Notes under the pieces: model-generated
Databases searched by the model: none
What the model was told of the DNA's origin: nothing
Seen by the model: only the letters and a program-made list of their open reading frames with translations
IMG/VR virus record: IMGVR_UViG_3300025158_000005
Length of the DNA: 64,000 bases
Direction: 5' to 3' (one strand)
Origin: a virus
Program-made: the position numbers and the translations under genes
In this document: positions 9,613-16,023 of the stretch, piece by piece
Layout of the letters: every line of letters starts with the position of its first letter
How positions within the stretch are numbered: position 1 is the first letter of the stretch

Positions 9613-9887
9613 CGAACAGAGAATGCGGCAACTAATACAGGGCTATACTTGACAAGTGCCCGACAAGAAGTTTCTCAACTGTGAGACTCGGTACGCAGTG
9701 AAGAAGATTACGGAGGCAATTCCGAGTAAGGTGCGAAAGTAACGCGGGCTATAAGCACTGGAAAAAGATAAAAGGGCGGCTGTTCGGATGAAAGTGTGGC
9801 GAGAACACATGAGTATAAATGACAGGTAGAGTGGTTGATGAAAATTTACGCTAGGCTTAATAAACTCATGTATTGTTTTCATCAGCC
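9613..9887 (+). ncRNA. unidentified structured RNA of about 275 nt
   Basis: CGAACAG/CTGTTCG stem, GNRA-like loops, 3' hairpin with a potential 8-bp pseudoknot; no credible ORF. Confidence 0.5.
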
Positions 9888-9964
9888 CTCATTTTGAATC
9901 ATTTGGCTGACTGACGGCATATAGAACGTGGCGTCGAATGATTCAAAATGAGAAATCTCAGAAT

Positions 9965-10034
9965 GCCCCTGTAGCCCAATCGGTAGGGGACTTAAAATCC
10001 CCAAGTGTCGGTTCGAATCCGACCGAGGGTACCA
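9965..10034 (+). pseudogene. tRNA-Leu(UAA) lacking the D-stem 3' strand
   Basis: GGGGA-CTTAAAA-TCCCC, T-arm and ACCA are intact; the usual AGGCA segment is missing. Confidence 0.7.
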
Positions 10035-10088
10035 AACAAACTGTTAATTTGCATATATAGAGTATATACTTTATATGTGCGGATTAAT

Positions 10089-10384
10089 ATGAATTACAAG
10101 AAAATTTACGATCAAATAATAGAAAAACGAAAGCACGATATTCCGAATGGTTATGTTGAAGTTCACCGCATTATACCTAGGACATTTGGTGGATCGAATG
10201 ATAAAGAAAATTTAGTGGCGATAACAGCTAGAGAGCATTTTATTTGTCATCTATTGCTGACGAAGTTGGATTCAATGAATTTGTGAATCAAACTGGTTAC
10301 AAGTACACCCAAGAAAACTTTGTTCAAATGTGTATAAAATACGTTGATAATTTTAACCCCCAGAATGGGGTGAAAAGAAGAAAA
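10089..10384 (+). pseudogene. decayed HNH homing endonuclease
   Basis: MNYKKIYDQII...EVHRIIPR...GGSND..NLV.ITAREHFICHLLL, then internal deletion or frameshift. Confidence 0.75.
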
Positions 10385-10462
10385 TCCGGGATGGCTGACA
10401 TGGTGTGAAGCGGCGGGCTGTTAATCCGTTTAAGGCAGGGTCGGTACCTGCTCCCGGAGCCA
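10385..10462 (+). tRNA. tRNA-Asn(GUU)
   Basis: Cloverleaf, loop CTGTTAA, GCCA end; atypical T-loop GTCGGTA. Confidence 0.85.
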
Positions 10463-10547
10463 AATATGGTAATCTGGTCCATAACTAAGAAAATGCCTGC
10501 TAGGTCGGCGTTGTTTTTGAAGTAAACAAAATCAGACTAAATGAGAG

Positions 10548-10710
10548 ATCATTTAGTGGAGACAAACAAGTGACGACGGCAATAGTTCAACGGCAGAACA
10601 CCATCGTTAAAAAGATGGAAACTAGGTTCAAATCCTAACTCGTCAACATCAATTGTACTGCTGATCACAGTGGGAAAATACTAGTTATCCCGAAGTCTCC
10701 ACTAAATGAT
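10548..10710 (+). ncRNA. structured RNA, family B copy 2, enclosing a tRNA-like domain
   Basis: 16-bp terminal stem; internal D-arm, hairpin with 8-nt loop, and T-arm GGTTCAAATCC. Confidence 0.65.
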
Positions 10711-10724
10711 TTCAAAAGTTATAT

Positions 10725-10818
10725 GGGTGTATTGGTGCTATGGCGTGTGCACCGGCGGACTGTAAATCCACTCCCTCGTTGGTAAACACTGTAAGTTCGA
10801 CTCTTACTGCACCCACCA
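10725..10818 (+). tRNA. tRNA-Tyr(GUA)
   Basis: Loop CTGTAAA, long variable arm, ACCA. Confidence 0.9.
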
Positions 10819-10893
10819 GTTTTGATTGAGCGACTTGCACGTTCGTCAAGCGTAAATAGGGGCGCCGATAAACCTTACCAATCAATCTTTTAT

Positions 10894-10969
10894 ACCTCAT
10901 TCGTCTAATGGTCAGGACGCCAGGTTTTCAACCTGGCGATGTAGGGTTCAATTCCCACATGGGGTACCA
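10894..10969 (+). tRNA. tRNA-Glu(UUC)
   Basis: CCAGG-TTTTCAA-CCTGG, ACCA. Confidence 0.93.
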
Positions 10970-10977
10970 GTTTCAAA

Positions 10978-11050
10978 TGCGGCTTCTCAAGGGAGACTCC
11001 AGGCTCATAACCTGAGATGGGAGAGTGTTCGATTCATTCGGCCGCAACCA
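10978..11050 (+). tRNA. tRNA-Met(CAU), initiator-like, reduced D-arm
   Basis: Loop CTCATAA, acceptor TGCGGCT/GGCCGCA, ACCA. Confidence 0.7.
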
Positions 11051-11055
11051 GTTTT

Positions 11056-11135
11056 AGGATAAGTACAGCAACCAAACTATAATTGAAAGTCAGTCGGCTG
11101 TCCTGGCATTAAACAAAGCGACCAAACTTATCCTG
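11056..11135 (+). ncRNA. CAGCA-stem RNA A1
   Basis: AGGATAAGT-ACAGCAA ... ACTTATCCT-G. Confidence 0.75.
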
Positions 11136-11237
11136 TATTACATTGTCTGAAGCCCTTCCAGCATCTCCGAAGAATTTGCGTAGGGCAACTCGCTGAAAGA
11201 CAAAATTCCACGTTTGCGAGTATCGTGGACCAATAAT

Positions 11238-11313
11238 GCTGCTGTAGCTGATGCGGTCATAGCGGGGGATTGAAGATCCCTTGAAAGAGGTTCGATTCCT
11301 CTCGGCAGCACCA
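11238..11313 (+). tRNA. tRNA-Phe(GAA)
   Basis: GGGGA-TTGAAGA-TCCCT, ACCA. Confidence 0.92.
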
Positions 11314-11320
11314 AAACAAT

Positions 11321-11358
11321 GGGCTTCTAGTGCTAACGGAAACACATCTGTCTCCACA
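11321..11358 (+). pseudogene. internally deleted tRNA remnant
   Basis: Acceptor and D-arm GGGCTTCTAGTGCTAACGGAAACAC fused directly to TCTCCACA. Confidence 0.5.
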
Positions 11359-11371
11359 AACGTAAACTTCT

Positions 11372-11379
11372 TATAAATA
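11372..11379 (+). promoter_or_regulatory. T4-type late promoter
   Basis: TATAAATA upstream of a GAGGAGG RBS. Confidence 0.7.
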
Positions 11380-11397
11380 CAAGTGAGGAGGTACTAT

Positions 11398-11762
11398 ATG
11401 CATTATTACTTGTATCAAATCACCAACAAGGTGAATGGGAAGATTTACGTAGGAGTTCATAAGACCCAAAATTTAGATGATGGGGTATATGGGTTCTGGA
11501 AAAGTTATTCGGGCTGCAATCGCAAAGCACGGCGCTCATAACTTCGAAAAAGTCATACTTGAGACTTTCGAGACTTCGGAAGCTATGTATGCGAGAGAAA
11601 ATAGGTTGTAACTGATGAATTTCTTCTGAGAGAAGACGTTTATAACCTCAGAAGAGGTGGTAGTGGTGGATTTGATTTTTTGAATAAAATCATGCCCATA
11701 TTGCGGAAAGACTGTCAGGGTGGCATAATGAAAAGATGGCATTTTGAAAAATGTAAATATAA
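11398..11762 (+). pseudogene. GIY-YIG (Seg-like) homing endonuclease, copy 1
   Basis: YYLYQITNKVNGKIYVGVH...YMGSG...YNLRRGG, broken by two frameshifts. Confidence 0.85.
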
Positions 11763-11841
11763 GGGGGATGGGACTGCTTGACGTGGTCACCGCACTTGCA
11801 ATGCGGACATCAGATCGGTTTGATGCCGATATCCTCCACCA
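11763..11841 (+). tRNA. tRNA-Ala(UGC)
   Basis: Loop CTTGCAA, G3:U70 pair, ACCA. Confidence 0.9.
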
Positions 11842-11848
11842 AAACAAT

Positions 11849-11925
11849 CCTTCTGTAGTTCAACTGGTTTAGAACAGGCGACCGATAATCGTCAGATTCA
11901 GGTTCAATCCCTGATGGAAGGACCA
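11849..11925 (+). tRNA. tRNA-Ile(GAU)
   Basis: Loop CCGATAA, ACCA. Confidence 0.88.
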
Positions 11926-11973
11926 AAATTTTGTAAGTTATAAACAGAATGTCTTATCTATAAGTAACTTACA

Positions 11974-12024
11974 ATGAATTACAAGAAAATTTACGTTCAA
12001 ATAATAGAAAACCGAAATAGTTAA
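11974..12024 (+). pseudogene. short remnant of an HNH gene 5' end
   Basis: Near-identical to the start at 10089 (ATGAATTACAAGAAAATTTACG...). Confidence 0.6.
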
Positions 12025-12025
12025 A

Positions 12026-12111
12026 GCTGGATTAGCCAAGCGGTCGACGGCAGCTGCCTTGTAAGCAGTCGGGGAAACCCCTCACAGGTTCGAATCCTGT
12101 GTCCAGCACCA
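12026..12111 (+). tRNA. tRNA-Thr(UGU) with long variable arm
   Basis: Loop CTTGTAA, variable arm GGGG-AAA-CCCC, ACCA. Confidence 0.85.
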
Positions 12112-12116
12112 ATTAT

Positions 12117-12194
12117 CCGTGATTCGCCTAGTCCGGTATGGCACTCCGTTTGGGGCGGAGAATAACGGGAGTTCAAATCTCTCATCACGGACCA
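12117..12194 (+). tRNA. tRNA-Pro(UGG)
   Basis: CTCCG-TTTGGGG-CGGAG, ACCA. Confidence 0.92.
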
Positions 12195-12381
12195 TACGCG
12201 GCAACTAATCATTGCCTAGTCGGCAGAGTGGTCGATAACTGCGACGAATGAAGTGGCGTGATTGCCATGAATAAACCGACCTAGGTATGCCATCTGGTGT
12301 GTATCGAATGAAAGACACGTCATGGGAATGAGTGGCCCTAGGGTCTCTGTGATACTCTGTTTGACAACCAGATCAAATTAT

Positions 12382-12456
12382 GGCTCGGTAGCATTAAGAT
12401 AATGCGCTCCCCTGTCTAGGGAGAACAAGAGGGTTTGATTCCCTTCCGAGTCGCCA
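12382..12456 (+). tRNA. tRNA-Asp(GUC)
   Basis: CTCCC-CTGTCTA-GGGAG, GCCA. Confidence 0.88.
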
Positions 12457-12460
12457 GTTT

Positions 12461-12582
12461 AGGATGACTACAGCAATTAAAATCTCCTTCTAAGAGAGTG
12501 GTCGGTGGTTCGAATCCACCTCGGCGGTGAGGTTAAACTCGTCGTTGGTAGCTCAGTGGTAGAGCACTTAACGTTCATCCTG
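12461..12582 (+). ncRNA. CAGCA-stem RNA A2 carrying a circularly permuted tRNA-Arg(UCU)
   Basis: Order is anticodon arm, T-arm, closed acceptor hairpin, D-arm, all inside an AGGATGA/TCATCCT stem. Confidence 0.85.
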
Positions 12583-12593
12583 TTATATAAAAT

Positions 12594-12667
12594 GCCCTCT
12601 GAAGTGTAATGAATGCACGATTCGCTACGGACGAATTAGAACGGTTTGATTCCGGCAGAGGGTGCCA
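12594..12667 (+). tRNA. tRNA-Arg(ACG)
   Basis: ATTCG-CTACGGA-CGAAT, GCCA. Confidence 0.85.
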
Positions 12668-12673
12668 ATCAAT

Positions 12674-12747
12674 GCAGCTAAGCTCATGGAGAGTCCCGCG
12701 CCTTCCAAGCGTTGGAGAGTGGATTTCGATCATCCCTAGCTGCTCCA
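12674..12747 (+). tRNA. tRNA-Gly(UCC), reduced D-arm
   Basis: Loop CTTCCAA, acceptor GCAGCTA/TAGCTGC, TCCA. Confidence 0.75.
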
Positions 12748-12753
12748 TTTAAT

Positions 12754-12827
12754 GCGTGTGTAGTATAGCCTGGTTATTATTCGGCGTTGCCAACGCCGAG
12801 ACCCCGGTTCGAATCCGGGCACCCGCA
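12754..12827 (+). tRNA. tRNA-Gly(GCC), CCA not encoded
   Basis: CGGCG-TTGCCAA-CGCCG; canonical T-arm. Confidence 0.85.
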
Positions 12828-12879
12828 CACAAAAGTAAACTTCTTACAAATACAAGTAATATGACAAACGGAGAAATCC

Positions 12880-13554
12880 TTGTTCTTTTACTTGTATCAA
12901 ATCACCAACAAGGTGAATGGGAAGATTTACGTAGGAGTTCATAAGACTCAAAATTTAGATGATGGGGTATACGGGCTCTGGAGCAATAATTCAACGAGCA
13001 ATTAAGAAATACGGCTTGGAGAATTTTGAAAAAGTCATACTTGAGACTTTCGAGACTTCGGAAGCTATGTATGCGAGAGAAAATAGGTTGTAACTGATGA
13101 ATTTCTTCTGAGAGAAGATGTTTATAACCTCAGAAGAGGTGGTCAGGGTGGGATTATATAAATTCTGACACTGAATCATTAAGGTTGAGAAATAAACAAA
13201 ATCGAAAAACACCAACCAAAAATTGTTTGAACGATACGGAGAAAATTGGTCGAGTATTGTTGGTAAACTTGGCGAAGTGGCCACTCAACTAGCGAATCCT
13301 GGTTTAGCTAGTAGCACAGCAAAGCGAGGACACTTAGAAGGATGGATTAGCTTTAAAGGAAAAATTCATTCAGAAGATACCAAAAAGTTAATGTCATTGA
13401 AAGCAAAAGAAAGACTAAAAATACCATCAAACAATTCTCAATTCGGAACATGTTGGATCTGGCACGAATTGATAGGAAATAAAAAATGTAAAAAGACGAT
13501 CTTTCTTTGTATCTCGAACAAGGATGGTATAAGGGAAGACGTATTAAGTTTTAG
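12880..13554 (+). pseudogene. GIY-YIG homing endonuclease, copy 2
   Basis: N-terminal region nearly identical to copy 1 with the same frameshifts; C-terminal FKGKIHSEDTKKLMS (NUMOD3-like). Confidence 0.85.
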
Positions 13555-13612
13555 GATGATTACAGCAACCAAAACAAAATCAAACTTTTCCTTTGACGAG
13601 AAAATCATCCTG
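13553..13612 (+). ncRNA. CAGCA-stem RNA A3 with a Gln(UUG)-like anticodon hairpin
   Basis: AGGATGATT-ACAGCAA ... TTTTC-CTTTGAC-GAGAA ... AATCATCCT-G. Confidence 0.75.
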
Positions 13613-13670
13613 TAATACATCGGTATACTCATCAACAAATATTTATATGAGTATACCGATAGAATAAAAA

Positions 13671-13748
13671 GCCTGGTTGACGGGAATTGGCATACCTAGC
13701 TCGCTTAGAACGAGTTGCTTCTCGGTTCGAGTCCGAGGCCAGGCACCA
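13671..13748 (+). tRNA. tRNA-Leu(UAG)
   Basis: GCTCG-CTTAGAA-CGAGT, ACCA. Confidence 0.9.
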
Positions 13749-13757
13749 AGTTTCAAT

Positions 13758-13848
13758 ACCCATGTAGTTTAACGGTAAAACAGCGGATTTATATCCCGTA
13801 GCCACAGATAATGGGTCAATGAGAGTTCGACTCTCTCCGTGGGTACCA
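13758..13848 (+). tRNA. tRNA-Ile(UAU) with long variable region
   Basis: Loop TTTATAT, T-arm GAGAG-TTCGACT-CTCTC, ACCA. Confidence 0.75.
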
Positions 13849-13855
13849 AGTTTAT

Positions 13856-13947
13856 GGAAGTGTGGCAGAGCATGGTTTAATGCAGCGGATTTGAAATCCG
13901 CCGACCCAGTGATGGGTCCGTGGGTTCAAATCCTACCACTTCCGCCA
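13856..13947 (+). tRNA. tRNA-Ser(UGA)
   Basis: GCGGA-TTTGAAA-TCCGC, long variable arm, GCCA. Confidence 0.93.
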
Positions 13948-13953
13948 TTTAAT

Positions 13954-14042
13954 GGGAAAATCGCTCAACGGTAGAGCAAGCATTTTGACAAAAATGTTTA
14001 CGACAAAATACATATTTGTTTCGATTCCAAAGTTTCCCACCA
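13954..14042 (+). tRNA. aberrant tRNA-Val(GAC)-like gene
   Basis: Intact D-arm and ACCA; anticodon arm with an even-sized loop around GAC; weak T-arm. Confidence 0.5.
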
Positions 14043-14058
14043 ATTTTATAAGTTCAAT

Positions 14059-14133
14059 GGTGACGGTAGCTTAATGTAAAGCCTCTGACTGTGAATCAGA
14101 GAGTTGTCAGGTCATAACTGATGCGCCACCCCA
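14059..14133 (+). tRNA. tRNA-His(GUG)
   Basis: TCTGA-CTGTGAA-TCAGA, G-1/C73, CCA. Confidence 0.85.
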
Positions 14134-14139
14134 AATTAT

Positions 14140-14214
14140 ACTCTCGTAGCTCAATGCCAGAGTAGATGCCTCTAAAACATCTTGTTGTCGGTTCGAGCCC
14201 GACTGAGAGTACCA
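14140..14214 (+). tRNA. amber suppressor tRNA (CUA)
   Basis: GATGC-CTCTAAA-ACATC; canonical T-arm; ACCA. Confidence 0.85.
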
Positions 14215-14325
14215 ATATTATCAATCAACAGGAGCATGAATCATGTTGTAGGTTCTAAATCACGGTCCTCCATAAATGTAAGTTTAATTTTAGTAGTTAA
14301 ACCATTTACATTTTAGAAGATAGAC

Positions 14326-14553
14326 ATGAACAAGATTTTGGCAAAAGAACAATATTTGATCATTAAACACCAATGGAATAACAATGCCCGCGGGCATTCA
14401 GCCTCGATGCATTTGATGTATAACCTTCTTAGATCATATGCACCAGATCGTGGATTTTGCGCGATTACAAGCACTAGAAAGTTAAACGCCCACAATAATG
14501 ATGCGTGGTTGTCATATATGCTTCAACGATATCGATCATCATATGTTCTTTGA
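14326..14553 (+). CDS. hypothetical protein (possibly truncated)
   Basis: 75-aa ORF downstream of the amber mini-ORF. Confidence 0.5.
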   Translation: MNKILAKEQYLIIKHQWNNNARGHSASMHLMYNLLRSYAPDRGFCAITSTRKLNAHNNDAWLSYMLQRYRSSYVL

Positions 14554-14650
14554 ACCTGACTGTAATTCGTGCACAGCAATAGCAACACATCCTTTGAAAG
14601 GTTCTGAGCGAAAGTCGATCAAGATGTTTCAAACGATGAAGTAACAAATT

Positions 14651-14727
14651 GCCCCGATAGCTTAACGGAATAGAGCTAAGGTCTTCTACACCTTTAGATG
14701 GGAGTTCGAATCTCTCTCGGGGCGCCA
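14651..14727 (+). tRNA. tRNA-Arg(UCU)
   Basis: AAGGT-CTTCTAC-ACCTT, GCCA. Confidence 0.92.
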
Positions 14728-14733
14728 AGTTTT

Positions 14734-14786
14734 AGGATAATTCCAGCAATCAAAATTCTTTCATATAGAAACCAAAAATTATCCTG
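14734..14786 (+). ncRNA. CAGCA-stem RNA A4 with a Met(CAU)-like anticodon hairpin
   Basis: AGGATAATT-CCAGCAA ... TTCT-TTCATAT-AGAA ... AATTATCCT-G. Confidence 0.75.
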
Positions 14787-15027
14787 TTTTATTCGCCCAA
14801 TGGAAAGTTTATTACGATAGAATATTTTATGTCTGTATCTCCGTCTGATCCCAATCCAAAGGGGATAATGTTCTATACGTTAGAAGCAGCGACTAAACAT
14901 AAGTCGGAGATGGATGCAATGATTGATTCATATAACGATCCTTCTTCAGGAGTATGGAACAAGGATTACTGGAAAGAGCTTCCTCAAAAGTGGAAGATTT
15001 TTCGTTGAAAGTTGATAAAGAAATATC

Positions 15028-15104
15028 GCCCGTCTAGCCCAATAGGTAGAGGCAGCAGTTTCAAAAACTGTACAGCCCGAGTTCGAATCTCGGGATGGGC
15101 ACCA
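15028..15104 (+). tRNA. tRNA-Leu(CAA)
   Basis: GCAGT-TTCAAAA-ACTGT, ACCA. Confidence 0.92.
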
Positions 15105-15329
15105 ATAAATAATCAATCACAACGAATGGAGTATATAATGAGTTTGCCTAATTGGATTGAAGCAACATTACAAAACGAGATTACTAACTTGAAGTCTTAG
15201 GCCGCTGATCTATACAAGCATATTGCGATTCATAATGAGACAATTTTGAATACTGATCATTCGATAATCATGCCAAAAGTTTCAAAGATGGAAGCAGATT
15301 TGGAAGAACTAAAAGCGAAGTTATAAAGA

Positions 15330-15690
15330 ATTCGATGAAGGCTAGGAAAGATGCTGCGGACAGGGGTTCGACTCCCCTCTGCTCCACCAGAAAGAAATCT
15401 AAATGCATATGCATACTACCGAAAGGCTGGGCTAACATGGCGGTTAGTTTAGATTTCTTCCTAATGGGGCAGTCCCGGTTTCGACGTGGTAGACGAGTAC
15501 AATGCTGGAGGATCGGCAAATGTTGGAAGCCGTTAGGATTGGGATTTCCCGGTCTAAGAAGACACAAGCAGAAATGCAAACATGGAAGCGTCTAACGATG
15601 CAACTTACGAGGTTCGTCTGGCTGCTTAATTGCAGACTGATCTAGACTCAGAGTTTCGCCGATTGTACTTGGTAACAGAAACAGTCGGCA
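15330..15690 (+). ncRNA. ssrA: two-piece (circularly permuted) tmRNA; outer ends approximate
   Basis: Acceptor piece GGACAGGGGTTCGACTCCCCTCTGCTCCACCA (ends 15389) precedes the 5' piece GGGGCAG...TTCGAC (starts 15466); tag frame ...ASNDATYEVRLAA-TAA ends 15629. Confidence 0.92.
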
Positions 15691-15698
15691 CTAACAAA

Positions 15699-15786
15699 TG
15701 CGGAGTAGAGTGTAGCCTGGTAGCGTGTTGGGCTCATAATCCAACGTCTTTTGACCCCGTTGGTTCGAATCCATCCTCCGCATCCA
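15699..15786 (+). tRNA. tRNA-Met(CAU) with extended variable region
   Basis: TTGGG-CTCATAA-TCCAA, T-loop TTCGAAT, TCCA. Confidence 0.8.
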
Positions 15787-16023
15787 TTTTATATATTCAG
15801 ATGCGTCTTTGGTTGTATATTTTCTATCCTCGAAAACTATACATCTCCAACCCGATTTAATTATCTCTTGTATTTTTATCTTATAAATAGTTGCGAGTCT
15901 GACAGCATCAAGTCTCCATGATGTTGATTTCTTGCTCTAACAGGAAATCTACGGACTCATTGTTATTTATATAACAAAGTATCTTGATAAATAAATGATC
16001 AACAACTAATTTTAGGGGTAAAT

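Noticed and set aside
9613-9887. RNase P RNA
   Set aside because: The GAGGAAAGUCC and matching 3' P4 signatures were not found.
9183-15860. Short ORF-track entries overlapping tRNAs, tmRNA and structured RNAs
   Set aside because: They are shadow frames of RNA genes or antisense to pseudogenes, with no RBS or recognisable motifs.
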